Source of the DNA: a phage
Length of the DNA stretch: 64,000 bases
Assembly: GCA_014816185.1 (NCBI GenBank)
Contig: GCA_014816185.1_4095.1
Strand: one strand, 5' to 3'
The notes under the pieces are model-generated. The model saw nothing but the letters and a program-made list of their open reading frames with translations, was not told the DNA's origin and made no database searches. This document shows positions 20,332 through 29,823 of the stretch, piece after piece; the first letter of the stretch is position 1; every line of letters starts with the position of its first letter. A program made the translations under genes and the position numbers.

Positions 20332-20691
20332 ATGAAGAGTTATATAAAATTAATAGCACTTGTGTGTGCATTATTTTCATGTTTTAGTTATGGTGCAGCA
20401 GCAGAAACATATTGTCGTAGTACTAAGGGAACGTGGCATGTATTGACTAACGACCCTAGAAATGGTAAAAATATAGTTGTTGATGGTGTGATTTATCGTT
20501 TTAAAGTAGAAAGTATTATCGGTAATAAAAAAATCTCGACTTATAGAGATGATTCTGGTACATTAGCAAACGTAATATTAATTGTAGACCCAAGAACTGG
20601 TAATGGTGATATCTATATAGTAATTTACTTGGACTCATCGGTACGCCGTGACCTAGATATAGATAAATTGAACTTACACTGTGAAATATAG
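20332..20691 (+). CDS. secreted protein, paralog of 21083 ORF
   Basis: Signal peptide; conserved Cys near both ends; IVVDGVIYRF aligns with IVYIDGQSYTF. Confidence 0.6.
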   Translation: MKSYIKLIALVCALFSCFSYGAAAETYCRSTKGTWHVLTNDPRNGKNIVVDGVIYRFKVESIIGNKKISTYRDDSGTLANVILIVDPRTGNGDIYIVIYLDSSVRRDLDIDKLNLHCEI

Positions 20692-20702
20692 GACTTAAAA
20701 AA

Positions 20703-21080
20703 ATGGTAAACACTATTTTACTTTTGTTGTTGAATATTCCAATTATTCTGTCTTTTTTAATTTCTATTTTTATGGCAGGATATTGTTTAGTTGCAGTAAT
20801 TCATTTCATTTTAACAAACAAATATGTCCTAATTTCTAAGCTTGATTCTATTTTTGCTTGCGATTCGATTGCTTATAACTTGTGGTTAATTTGTTCTTGC
20901 ATTATGGGAGTAACTTTCCTTCTGTATGTATTTGATGTCCTTGACCAAAAGTTCGTATACATCAGTACTGGATTGGCTCTTTATCCTGCTACGTGGTACT
21001 TGATTTACGTTGGTGATATATGGTATAGTACTTATAAAGAATATCAGTACAAGAAATCACTTAACATTGGAGGAAAATAA
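20703..21080 (+). CDS. membrane protein
   Basis: Multiple hydrophobic segments. Confidence 0.5.
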   Translation: MVNTILLLLLNIPIILSFLISIFMAGYCLVAVIHFILTNKYVLISKLDSIFACDSIAYNLWLICSCIMGVTFLLYVFDVLDQKFVYISTGLALYPATWYLIYVGDIWYSTYKEYQYKKSLNIGGK

Positions 21081-21082
21081 TC

Positions 21083-21433
21083 ATGAAAATTATTTTATTT
21101 TTTGTATGTATGTTAATGTGTGGATTGTCATATGCTGAACCATTGGAAGGTTTAGTTTGTACAGATGGTAATATTAAACATATCTATCAAGGTGATAGTG
21201 ACGATCGAGATATTGTATATATTGATGGACAATCATATACGTTTGTTAAAGAGCATACAGTAGGCGACATTAGCTTCACTGAGTTTTCTAACGACACAGA
21301 CCCTAACTTCTTAGCGTTTATTGAAGTAGATGTATATGAAGATAGTAATGGCACACAATATGCTAAATTAGTTATGATGCGTCGTGGTGCTAAAGAAACT
21401 AGTTTTGGTGGCTTGTGTAAATATAAGGATTGA
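21083..21433 (+). CDS. secreted protein, paralog of 20332 ORF
   Basis: SD GGAGGAA; signal peptide MKIILFFVCMLMCGLSYA. Confidence 0.6.
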   Translation: MKIILFFVCMLMCGLSYAEPLEGLVCTDGNIKHIYQGDSDDRDIVYIDGQSYTFVKEHTVGDISFTEFSNDTDPNFLAFIEVDVYEDSNGTQYAKLVMMRRGAKETSFGGLCKYKD

Positions 21434-21437
21434 TATT

Positions 21438-21629
21438 ATGTTGATTTATCAAAGTGATAATATTCGTGTTATGCAGCATCCCTACTTACAAATCTTTGAT
21501 GTGCAGCAGTATATGGAAGGTGATGACCCAAGAACCTATGGTCGTAAGTATGATTACTTCACTGTAAAGCAGTGTAAAAATATTAACGAAGTACGACAAT
21601 TAGTTCAAGAACTTCAAAACAAAGGTTGA
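21438..21629 (+). CDS. hypothetical small protein
   Basis: Start moved to ATG after AAGGA; stop codon sits inside the terminator hairpin. Confidence 0.45.
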   Translation: MLIYQSDNIRVMQHPYLQIFDVQQYMEGDDPRTYGRKYDYFTVKQCKNINEVRQLVQELQNKG

Positions 21630-21647
21630 CTTCGGTCAGCCTTTTTT
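21624..21647 (+). terminator. UUCG-tetraloop terminator with embedded -35
   Basis: GGTTGAC-TTCG-GTCAGCC plus T-run; TTGACT in the stem lies 18 nt upstream of TATAAT (21650-21655). Confidence 0.65.
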
Positions 21648-21683
21648 GTTATAATTCTCTTAATAAATTAGAGGATTTTAATT

Positions 21684-22124
21684 ATGTATGTATATCGTTT
21701 TGAACTTAAATTTAGTTACATTGAACCTAACTTAGATCCTGCACGAACTGTAGGTCCGTTTGCACGGTATTCAACCAGATACAGTACTAAAAATGGATTT
21801 GACCGTTTGCTTATGACTACACCTTCTCAATTCCAACCTGAACCAACTGAGGATGGGATCTATTCAATCAAAAGTGGATGGGTATTTGGCTGTCAAAGTT
21901 TGAAAGATTTGTTCAGATTCTTCACTATGGACTTGGGTAAATTGCATCGTGCTGGGTTTGCTATATCTGTATATGAAGTTCCAGACCACCATGTAGACAT
22001 TGGTCGTAATCAGGTTCAGTACTATTGCGGTAGTGCTAAATTAGTTCGTATCATGTCAGTTAAGGAAGCAAAGGATGAGTTCCGACAAAGTAAAAGAGAA
22101 ACACATGAGGTAATATATGGATAA
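21684..22124 (+). CDS. hypothetical protein
   Basis: SD AGAGGA. Confidence 0.6.
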   Translation: MYVYRFELKFSYIEPNLDPARTVGPFARYSTRYSTKNGFDRLLMTTPSQFQPEPTEDGIYSIKSGWVFGCQSLKDLFRFFTMDLGKLHRAGFAISVYEVPDHHVDIGRNQVQYYCGSAKLVRIMSVKEAKDEFRQSKRETHEVIYG

Positions 22125-22461
22125 AACTCAAATAGAATTAAAGAAATTTGTTTCATTCTATTTTCCTGATGACCCACGTAATTCACAAAAAGATATTGAA
22201 TATTATAATATCCTATCTAAACAGTTAATGAGAAAGTTTCAACAGTGTTTAACTATATTCAATACAGATGGAAGACGTAGATACCGAATCGTTTCAATGA
22301 ATGATGAAAACGCAAATTTCTTTGATTACGATGTAGTTTTTAGAGCATATAATGATGATCGTATAAAATTAAATTATGATCAAATTATACTTGACCTGAA
22401 TGTTATATGTGTTATAATCACTCACGTAGCCGAACTTAATGGTTTTAAAGAATGGTATTGA
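22117..22461 (+). CDS. hypothetical protein
   Basis: Overlaps upstream gene end. Confidence 0.55.
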   Translation: MDKTQIELKKFVSFYFPDDPRNSQKDIEYYNILSKQLMRKFQQCLTIFNTDGRRRYRIVSMNDENANFFDYDVVFRAYNDDRIKLNYDQIILDLNVICVIITHVAELNGFKEWY

Positions 22462-22475
22462 ATAGAGGATAACAT

Positions 22476-22742
22476 ATGAAGCTTAAATTACAATATAATG
22501 GATTTACTTTACGTAATGATACTGAATTTATTAATCGTTCTCCTGGTGCTGAACTGTTTTTACGAGAGATGAACATTCCTTTCATCATTACTACAGTGGG
22601 CGACCGTGAAGTTCTACAATATGCAGAGCATCCGATTATTGATGTTCCTTGGTACTCTGAGCATATGTACATGGATATGGCACGTCGCTACAACTGTAAG
22701 TTCGTAGTTGAAGGTGATAAAATTACAGTCGAATTTAAATAA
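22476..22742 (+). CDS. hypothetical protein
   Basis: SD AGAGGA. Confidence 0.55.
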   Translation: MKLKLQYNGFTLRNDTEFINRSPGAELFLREMNIPFIITTVGDREVLQYAEHPIIDVPWYSEHMYMDMARRYNCKFVVEGDKITVEFK

Positions 22743-22754
22743 GGTAAATTAAAA

Positions 22755-23048
22755 ATGATCAGTACTTCAGTTAATGAAAGCATCGTCGCTGACGTAGAAA
22801 TGGTTAAAGAATGTGCAGATGAAACTCTTCGTGATATGTACATTAATGATTTAATTACTGAATACGGTAGTCGTGGTGTACACGAATTTATTCGTTTAAG
22901 TGGAGAGTTGATGAAAAATCGAATTCGTATGAAGCTTAACGTACATCCAAAAGCATGGGCATTTACATTAAAATACGCAGAAGATATTGTGAATTTGCGT
23001 CGAACTGAAGTATATGAACGTTTGCACAATGGTATGTTAGATAAATGA
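22755..23048 (+). CDS. hypothetical protein
   Basis: SD AAGG. Confidence 0.55.
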   Translation: MISTSVNESIVADVEMVKECADETLRDMYINDLITEYGSRGVHEFIRLSGELMKNRIRMKLNVHPKAWAFTLKYAEDIVNLRRTEVYERLHNGMLDK

Positions 23049-23056
23049 TTGTAAAA

Positions 23057-23088
23057 AAGGAATTCTTAAATGAATTCCTTTTTGTTTA
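23057..23088 (+). terminator. rho-independent terminator
   Basis: AAGGAATTC-TTAAAT-GAATTCCTT plus TTTTGTTT. Confidence 0.55.
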
Positions 23089-23100
23089 TAAGGTATAGTA

Positions 23101-23322
23101 ATGAAATATATAGTACTTGTACTGATATTATTCAGTACTGTTGTAAGTGCTAAACAAAAAGAATATGTTAAATGTATAAATTATGAAGAGAAATATGTTG
23201 AAACATATAAAAAAAGTATAATTAAAAACGTTTCGATTACTAACAGAGCAACAATCATTGTACTTAAAAATGGGTTAATTATGCTATATAAACCACACGT
23301 TAAATGTGAAATTATTAATTGA
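23101..23322 (+). CDS. small secreted protein
   Basis: Signal peptide MKYIVLVLILFSTVVSA. Confidence 0.55.
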   Translation: MKYIVLVLILFSTVVSAKQKEYVKCINYEEKYVETYKKSIIKNVSITNRATIIVLKNGLIMLYKPHVKCEIIN

Positions 23323-23329
23323 GGAAATT

Positions 23330-23902
23330 ATGAATCGTAAAGGTCGTTTTAAAGTATCAAAAAAGAACAAAAGTTCTAGGTTTAAACCTATTGTTTTAAC
23401 AGTTAAATCTAACAAAGAATTAACTGCACTTAGTAAAAAGATAATTTCATCTAAGATTGAAGTATCATACGTAAATTCATTAAAATATATGAATGTCAAA
23501 CCACTGGACCAACTCATTTCACTTATATTTGAACGTAATGATTTTGAGATATCAGTAGATGATTATAGAGCCTATAATGCTGGTTTCATTAATGTTACTT
23601 GTAATAAAAAACTAACTGAGTTGGAAAATTTGTCATGTATAATAAATCTAGATAAAGGTGTTGTGAAGTACCATTTTGTACATTTCACTAATATCAATAA
23701 TGGAATGGGTGTACAATCCAGACCTATAGTGCCTACGTGTGATGTTACTAAATTAGCAAAGCTCAATGATGAAGAATATTTTCAAGAAAGCATTGTAACT
23801 GAGCATTTAGATGATATAATAGCTACTTACAAAGAATGCATATGGGTGTTGAATGCTATAAAACCTAAATTGTGTTTAATGAATATTGTTCGTGATTTAT
23901 GA
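23330..23902 (+). CDS. hypothetical protein
   Basis: Start moved to ATG after GAGGAA (MNRKGRFK). Confidence 0.55.
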   Translation: MNRKGRFKVSKKNKSSRFKPIVLTVKSNKELTALSKKIISSKIEVSYVNSLKYMNVKPLDQLISLIFERNDFEISVDDYRAYNAGFINVTCNKKLTELENLSCIINLDKGVVKYHFVHFTNINNGMGVQSRPIVPTCDVTKLAKLNDEEYFQESIVTEHLDDIIATYKECIWVLNAIKPKLCLMNIVRDL

Positions 23903-23915
23903 ATGGGGAATCGTA

Positions 23916-24359
23916 ATGAGTTGGGTAAATGTTAATAGTATTGAACTTAACGAACAAGATATTTTTGCATTTGTAAATTTAACTAATAACACAGTACTAA
24001 AAGGGCGTTTGTTCAGTGCTAGTGATGGGTACAAATGGATCTCTTTGATGGATGATAGTGGTGTGATTTATAATGTAATGCAATTACCCCAATGGGTATA
24101 TAGTAACACTGCTGACGATGTTCTTACCGCAGTTATGCGTGAGTTTGAAAAACTCCCAGGTGGTGATATCAAAAACAAAGTTTTTAATGCAGAACGTAAA
24201 AATTATACAGCACAGCAGTTGGAATCCCTTGCCATTGCTGCTTATCAAGCTGCTATTAAGAAGCCAGAGTGCGTTATTCTTAAGTATGTACCAGACTTAA
24301 AACTTACGTTGGAAGACATGGATGCATTCATTTTTACATCTGAACTTGATCAGTACTAA
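23916..24359 (+). CDS. hypothetical protein
   Basis: Start moved to internal ATG (MSWVNV). Confidence 0.5.
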   Translation: MSWVNVNSIELNEQDIFAFVNLTNNTVLKGRLFSASDGYKWISLMDDSGVIYNVMQLPQWVYSNTADDVLTAVMREFEKLPGGDIKNKVFNAERKNYTAQQLESLAIAAYQAAIKKPECVILKYVPDLKLTLEDMDAFIFTSELDQY

Positions 24360-24474
24360 TTTAACTTTGGGACAACCATTCTTATTATGATATAATGTTT
24401 TATGTCATTCGATATAAATGACAACGGAACTATAAATATTATAGTAAAATTTATCTCTTATAGGAGTTATAAAA

Positions 24475-24858
24475 ATGGTTGATAAATGGAATAAGAAAGA
24501 TCCATCACATGATGTTGATATTTCTGGTCTAGACAATGCACATAAGCACAAGTATCTAGATTCACTAGGTCTTCTAAAACCAGACCAAAGTCTTGCACAT
24601 GATCGTCCATCCCGTGAAAAAGCATTTAGCCTAGAATCACTAGGTCATGAGCTTAATCGTGTGTTTGAGGATCACCCAATCTATGTACGTGATATTATCG
24701 AGAAACTTAAAGTAACTCCTAAAGAGCACTTTAAAGCAACTGTACACTCTGCATTCCGTGCATTACATGAATCTCTAAAGAAAACTCACAATCTTCGTAA
24801 AATTCATGATGAAATCGTGAATGCAATCGAAAGTGAAAAACATAAGTTCAAGAAGTAA
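24475..24858 (+). CDS. hypothetical protein
   Basis: SD AGGAG. Confidence 0.6.
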   Translation: MVDKWNKKDPSHDVDISGLDNAHKHKYLDSLGLLKPDQSLAHDRPSREKAFSLESLGHELNRVFEDHPIYVRDIIEKLKVTPKEHFKATVHSAFRALHESLKKTHNLRKIHDEIVNAIESEKHKFKK

Positions 24859-24864
24859 TAAAAA

Positions 24865-24890
24865 GGGGTTGACTAAGGTCAGCCCTTTGT
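24865..24890 (+). terminator. terminator, variant of the TTGACT hairpin family
   Basis: GGGGTTGAC-TAAG-GTCAGCCC then TTTGTTG. Confidence 0.55.
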
Positions 24891-24927
24891 TGTATCATAA
24901 ATTCTCAATATAACTGAGGTATCATAT

Positions 24928-25041
24928 ATGCAAGGTTTGAAATTTGTAGTTGCTGCACTCATCGCCGCAGTACTGGTTGGTGGTGTATTCTATGTAGTGG
25001 ATCAAAAAGTAAATCCACCTGCACAAGAACAATCTAAGTAA
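24928..25041 (+). CDS. 37-aa single-TM micro-protein
   Basis: GAGG SD; sits alone between two terminators; MQGLKFVVAALIAAVLVGGVFYVV... Confidence 0.35.
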   Translation: MQGLKFVVAALIAAVLVGGVFYVVDQKVNPPAQEQSK

Positions 25042-25048
25042 CAAAATA

Positions 25049-25076
25049 AGGTTGACTTCGGTCAGCCTTTTCTTTA
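25049..25076 (+). terminator. UUCG-tetraloop terminator
   Basis: GGTTGAC-TTCG-GTCAGCC plus T-run. Confidence 0.6.
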
Positions 25077-25103
25077 TACTATAAATATAGACATAGAGAA
25101 AAA

Positions 25104-26381
25104 ATGAAATCTATGGAGAGAAATCAAATGCCAAGTAATTTTACTGATAAAAATGGTGGTAACATGGCTGGTCACTCTGATAAATGGAGTGAACGCAACC
25201 GCCGTCCAAATAGTTATCAAGCAGGTCAAGGTTCACGTGGATCACGTAACCAAGGAACTGGTCTAGCTGGTAAAGCAAACGCAGAAGCAGGTGAAGTTAA
25301 GAGTACTGAGAACATGACTGAGCTAGAAAAGCTACGTTATGTTAATTCATTGGGACTTCTTAATGCTACACAAAAACAACGCCTAGCTGATATGGAACGT
25401 GAAGAAAAAGAAAAATCTGCTCCTGCTAAAGAAGAACCAAAACAAGAAGCACCAAAGGCGGTTAACCCTGTCAAAGAACTGTCGGATAAGTTAGGTAAGA
25501 TTTTTGCTAATAAACCACAACTTATCCAAGGTATTGTGAAAGAATTGCAATCTGTACCTAAAGAAGAATTAAAAGTCAAAGCACAAGCTGTGCTTGATGC
25601 AATGAGTGGAAATACCAGTACTGAACCAACTGAAGTATTCAGTACTATAATGCGTGCACTTGAAGGTACGCAACAAGGTGATGTGCCTGCACAAGAGGAA
25701 GTAAGTCTTGAAAGCGTACTTAAAACATTTGATAGTATTGGTAAAGAAGACCGTGCTAATGCTCAAAAAGTTAAGAATGTACTAGCTAAGTTAGAAAACC
25801 GTCTGGAAGGTAAAGACGATAAGATTAAATTAGTATCTGATGCAGTTAACGATGCACTTAAATCTTATGTACAAGGTGAAAAGAGTCGTTTTGTAACTGC
25901 AATGGATGCTGCATTCAATACTATGAAAAAGTATGAAGCTGATCATGGTGAGAAGGTTACACGAGATGGTTATCTGATGCGTGATGATGAAGAAGGTGCA
26001 GTAGAACAGAACGATGTTCATTCAGACGAAGAAATTGATGACATGGAAGCTGAACTGTCACAAGACCGCCAAATGACTGAAAAATCCCATAACGAACTAC
26101 AGAAATTAATGCAATGGGTTGCAGATGTTGGTGAAAAAGCTGGTGCTGATAAGAAGAGTATAAACCGAAATCTTAGTTGGATTAAAGATAAAGTTGGTAA
26201 CAACGCTCGTAAACTACAAAAAGCGTGGACTGATGTAGTGAATGGTGCTGTTGATATTGATGTTGAATCCGGTGAGGCATATGATTATGCATTGACTACA
26301 CTTGATGACTCTTTCCGTGATTACGAAAATGGAAATGTAACTCCTTGGGAAAAGGACATCATGAGCAAATACGGTAAATGA
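25104..26381 (+). CDS. hypothetical acidic protein (425 aa)
   Basis: Long ORF, highly charged, coiled-coil-like. Confidence 0.6.
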   Translation: MKSMERNQMPSNFTDKNGGNMAGHSDKWSERNRRPNSYQAGQGSRGSRNQGTGLAGKANAEAGEVKSTENMTELEKLRYVNSLGLLNATQKQRLADMEREEKEKSAPAKEEPKQEAPKAVNPVKELSDKLGKIFANKPQLIQGIVKELQSVPKEELKVKAQAVLDAMSGNTSTEPTEVFSTIMRALEGTQQGDVPAQEEVSLESVLKTFDSIGKEDRANAQKVKNVLAKLENRLEGKDDKIKLVSDAVNDALKSYVQGEKSRFVTAMDAAFNTMKKYEADHGEKVTRDGYLMRDDEEGAVEQNDVHSDEEIDDMEAELSQDRQMTEKSHNELQKLMQWVADVGEKAGADKKSINRNLSWIKDKVGNNARKLQKAWTDVVNGAVDIDVESGEAYDYALTTLDDSFRDYENGNVTPWEKDIMSKYGK

Positions 26382-26388
26382 TAAAACA

Positions 26389-26417
26389 AAAGGTTGACTT
26401 CGGTCAGCCTTTTTTTG
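26389..26417 (+). terminator. UUCG-tetraloop terminator
   Basis: AAAGGTTGAC-TTCG-GTCAGCCTTT plus TTTTT. Confidence 0.65.
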
Positions 26418-26452
26418 TAAATACAAAAGAGGAATTAAGAAGAGGGATTACA

Positions 26453-26704
26453 ATGAAAAAATATATTATATTTGGAATTGTATTATTTTCCAGTACTGCT
26501 TATGGTGCAGATTATCATTGCTCCGTAGCAAGGCAGGATTTCAGAAATGGGGAGTTCTATACTACCTCATACACAAAAGGAATAATACACGACACCGACA
26601 GAACTATTGGATTTAATGCGTTTGACAACAAAGATTCATATACTTCAGGTATACTATCTGAGCGTAAGACTGATGTAATGGGAATAGAAAAAGAGTTCCG
26701 GTGA
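26453..26704 (+). CDS. small secreted protein
   Basis: Start moved to ATG after AGAGGG; signal peptide MKKYIIFGIVLFSSTAYG. Confidence 0.5.
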   Translation: MKKYIIFGIVLFSSTAYGADYHCSVARQDFRNGEFYTTSYTKGIIHDTDRTIGFNAFDNKDSYTSGILSERKTDVMGIEKEFR

Positions 26705-26714
26705 TTCAGTAGCA

Positions 26715-27038
26715 ATGTGCAATGGCATTGAAAGTACTAAAACAATTTATTATAATAATGAACGTAACTATCGTTTTCATAATTTAACCACAAATAAAAG
26801 TTTACTATTTTACAATTGTAAAGAAGTAATACTCCCATCAGACAATAGCTGTACTCCAACTAATCAACCCCCAGCACAATGTAATACTCCCTCTGAACCT
26901 GATAAAAATAAAAAAGACAAAGATAAAGATAAAAAAGAAGACAAAAAACCTTTAAAAGATAAAAAGAAAGATAAAAAACCTAATCCGTTTAAAAATAATA
27001 AACAAGCACAACCCGATATGACGTGTAAAATAAAATAA
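26715..27038 (+). CDS. Lys/Asp-rich low-complexity protein
   Basis: ORF with KKDKDKDKKEDKK tract; weak SD. Confidence 0.35.
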   Translation: MCNGIESTKTIYYNNERNYRFHNLTTNKSLLFYNCKEVILPSDNSCTPTNQPPAQCNTPSEPDKNKKDKDKDKKEDKKPLKDKKKDKKPNPFKNNKQAQPDMTCKIK

Positions 27039-27047
27039 GGATATATA

Positions 27048-27467
27048 ATGAAAAAGATTTTTTTAAGTATTATTTTAGTACTTTTTAGTTTTAATGTATA
27101 TGCAGCAGATGCTAAACAGGTTGCAAATACAGTAAAAGATGTTATAGTAGATAATGCTCCTACATTAGAGGAAATTGGGGTAAAAACTTGTGATATAGTA
27201 ATATATAATTTAGTTAATGATGAACGAGTTATGTTGAATACGTATGAACAAGTAGTCCCATTGGTTGAATCTGGTGATGCTTTTAGATTTACATATAAAG
27301 TTAAATTAACAGGAGGGGTTGAAGTTAATCTTGACATTGATACCGCTTCAGTACTAAAAGATAAACTAGGATATGTGTTCAATCGTATTCGTGAAGAAGG
27401 TCATCTTAAGTATGTTTATGAAAGTAAAATACTAAAACGTGCAATAGTTATAGAAAACTGTAAATGA
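27048..27467 (+). CDS. secreted protein
   Basis: SD AAGGA; signal peptide MKKIFLSIILVLFSFNVYA. Confidence 0.6.
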   Translation: MKKIFLSIILVLFSFNVYAADAKQVANTVKDVIVDNAPTLEEIGVKTCDIVIYNLVNDERVMLNTYEQVVPLVESGDAFRFTYKVKLTGGVEVNLDIDTASVLKDKLGYVFNRIREEGHLKYVYESKILKRAIVIENCK

Positions 27468-27475
27468 TAATAAAA

Positions 27476-27501
27476 GGGTTGACTTCGGTCAGCCTTTTTT
27501 G
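27476..27501 (+). terminator. UUCG-tetraloop terminator with embedded -35
   Basis: GGGTTGAC-TTCG-GTCAGCC plus T-run; TATGAT 18 nt after TTGACT. Confidence 0.65.
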
Positions 27502-27536
27502 TTATGATGTTGGTATTAACTACAGAGGATAAAGTA

Positions 27537-28178
27537 ATGACTAAGCAAGACATATTCAAAACTTTAATTGACATTTTGCGTCCATCAAAAACTCGTTGTG
27601 CGATGGAGTTTGATATTCCTTATGCTGAACGCGTAATCTTTCCACAAGTTAAAGCTGCTGGACTTACTTTTCTTGGAATGGGGATGTACTCTGTAGTAGT
27701 TGAACATAAAAACTATCCTGGACGTGCATTTAAAGTAACCACTTCACGCTGGGATGGTTTTCGTGCTTATGCAAAGTACTGCATTGAAAACGCAGGAACC
27801 AAGTTTCTTCCAGTGATCTACAGTGCCAACGAACAAGGAAACTTTGGATGGTATGAGATGGACAAGTACTATCCTATAATTAAACAAAAAAATAATTATG
27901 ATGACTTTGTTAGTACTAAAATTGGAGATTTATATTCTTATGCACATGCTGGTCAGTACGCTACTTCAGTGAATGATATGCGTGGTAATTCTGAAGAGAT
28001 TGCTATTGCGACGGTCGCTGCTAACATCATGAAAGAGTTTCACGGGCGTTTTGTACCAGACATTCATTCAAGTAATGTAATGATGGATAAAGATGGGAAT
28101 GTATTCATTACTGATCCTCTTTCGTGTGATGTGCGTAGAGAAATACCAATTACTGAAGAAGATCCAGTTTTTTATTGA
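27537..28178 (+). CDS. hypothetical protein
   Basis: Track start at 27504 lies inside the -10; moved to ATG after GAGGAT. Confidence 0.6.
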   Translation: MTKQDIFKTLIDILRPSKTRCAMEFDIPYAERVIFPQVKAAGLTFLGMGMYSVVVEHKNYPGRAFKVTTSRWDGFRAYAKYCIENAGTKFLPVIYSANEQGNFGWYEMDKYYPIIKQKNNYDDFVSTKIGDLYSYAHAGQYATSVNDMRGNSEEIAIATVAANIMKEFHGRFVPDIHSSNVMMDKDGNVFITDPLSCDVRREIPITEEDPVFY

Positions 28179-28239
28179 CAGAACTGATGTTCTGGTGTAT
28201 TCTTAATAAACCATAAAAATTGCGGTAAAGGATAAAATC

Positions 28240-28521
28240 ATGCGTTCATTTGAAAACTTAATAGGTAAGCATCTTTTATCTGAAATTGATGCAGACGTTA
28301 AAGAATTATCCAAATCAAAAAGTTACATTCATTTGGATGAACTGTTTATTAAGTACGGTGAGATTGGTTTTAAGTCATTATTTGTTTTTACTATGAAAGT
28401 ACATAGTTTAAAGTACTTTGATTTGAGTACTAAAGATGGTGAACCGAATCTATATTACATGTATTACCTTAAGAACAAAGATGAAGCTAATACATTACTC
28501 TCTGAATATATATTGGGGTAA
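28240..28521 (+). CDS. hypothetical protein
   Basis: SD AAGGA. Confidence 0.55.
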   Translation: MRSFENLIGKHLLSEIDADVKELSKSKSYIHLDELFIKYGEIGFKSLFVFTMKVHSLKYFDLSTKDGEPNLYYMYYLKNKDEANTLLSEYILG

Positions 28522-28523
28522 AA

Positions 28524-28862
28524 ATGGAACAATATTTTGAATTAATAAACAAAGTATCATTTTATGTAGTATCTTTGGTTTGGGTGTATTATATGTTTTG
28601 CTATATTATTGCATTCTTCCGATATACTACTTTATATGAACGTATCTACTATGATGCCCCAATTTCATTCTTGATGTTTTGTGCATGTACGTGGGGAATA
28701 TTAGAAGTACTGATATGTGGGTATAGTACTGATGAATTAAATCTGGTATCGGTGTTGACTGGGTTTTCATTTGTTGTTATGATAGCTGCCGTTCCAGTAT
28801 GGTTGTTCTTTGGACTAGTTCATCGCATTGATATATGGCGTTCTAATATCCCTGAAAAGTAA
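28524..28862 (+). CDS. small 3-TM membrane protein, family M
   Basis: About 112 aa, three hydrophobic segments, basic C-terminus RSNIPEK. Confidence 0.6.
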   Translation: MEQYFELINKVSFYVVSLVWVYYMFCYIIAFFRYTTLYERIYYDAPISFLMFCACTWGILEVLICGYSTDELNLVSVLTGFSFVVMIAAVPVWLFFGLVHRIDIWRSNIPEK

Positions 28863-28871
28863 GGATTGGTA

Positions 28872-29213
28872 ATGATTTATTACACTAACATGTTTGCCTA
28901 TGCTGTTGCTTGCATTTACATTGTGTACTTCTTATTCGGTGGAGTACTGTGCTTCTTTAAGTACAAAACGTTGTTCAACCGAATGTACCCAAATCATCCA
29001 ATTGTAGTTGTACTTTTGATTCTTTCAGTTTCTCAAATAATCGTTGAAACTACAATGGGTATCAGTAGTGTACATTATAGTTTTGGCACTATAGTAATTA
29101 TTACTATGCTTATTGCATACATTTTAGTACTTGGATATGGTATCTTTGGTAATATTGGTATGAAAATGTATCATCGAATTAAAACATTACGTGATAATCT
29201 ACCGGAGCGTTGA
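28872..29213 (+). CDS. small 3-TM membrane protein, family M
   Basis: ATG after AAGGA; C-terminus RDNLPER. Confidence 0.55.
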   Translation: MIYYTNMFAYAVACIYIVYFLFGGVLCFFKYKTLFNRMYPNHPIVVVLLILSVSQIIVETTMGISSVHYSFGTIVIITMLIAYILVLGYGIFGNIGMKMYHRIKTLRDNLPER

Positions 29214-29214
29214 T

Positions 29215-29559
29215 ATGTATAATTTGAACCTAATCTCATATATTATAACAACACTGTTTACATTCTATGCCTTTGTTGGTATAATCCTACTGTACTTTAA
29301 ATTTTATAAAGTGTTTAACCGTTTCTATCCTTCAATGGAGAATGAGTTTTTCTTTGTGTTGTACGTAGGTTACACATTAATGGCTACATGTTTCACTGTA
29401 GCCGATGGTGTCATCGGCATTAAAACTGATTCCCCAAATGGTAGTACGCTGGTTGCATTTATTCTTACTGGATTCCTTGCAACTTATATTGCCTTCATTA
29501 CAACATGGTCAGTGGTTGAATTTCTCTTGCGACTACGAAAGAATATGCCGAATCGATAG
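29215..29559 (+). CDS. small 3-TM membrane protein, family M
   Basis: ATG after GGAG; C-terminus RKNMPNR. Confidence 0.55.
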   Translation: MYNLNLISYIITTLFTFYAFVGIILLYFKFYKVFNRFYPSMENEFFFVLYVGYTLMATCFTVADGVIGIKTDSPNGSTLVAFILTGFLATYIAFITTWSVVEFLLRLRKNMPNR

Positions 29560-29568
29560 GAGACATAT

Positions 29569-29823
29569 ATGTTTGCGTTGCGTAATAAAAACACTAAAGA
29601 ATTATTATGTATTGATACCGTATGGGATTGTGCGGGTTCAACTACAGTTCTTGAAGAAGGAACTGGATATTGCGTGTTTGTTGTACATGATAGGAATGAA
29701 CTCGAATTATTACTTGCTGAGTTCAATGCTGGTGGTAATCCTAACAGTACTGAATACCCTGAGATTATCAATCCAGCACCTCCAGGTTCATATGAAATCC
29801 TACCACTATGGGTGTTGAAATAA
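29569..29823 (+). CDS. hypothetical protein
   Basis: SD AGGAGA. Confidence 0.55.
   Translation: MFALRNKNTKELLCIDTVWDCAGSTTVLEEGTGYCVFVVHDRNELELLLAEFNAGGNPNSTEYPEIINPAPPGSYEILPLWVLK

Noticed and set aside
26864-27382. Minus-strand 172-aa ORF
   Set aside because: It is antisense to two plus-strand genes with signal peptide or SD support and spans low-complexity sequence.
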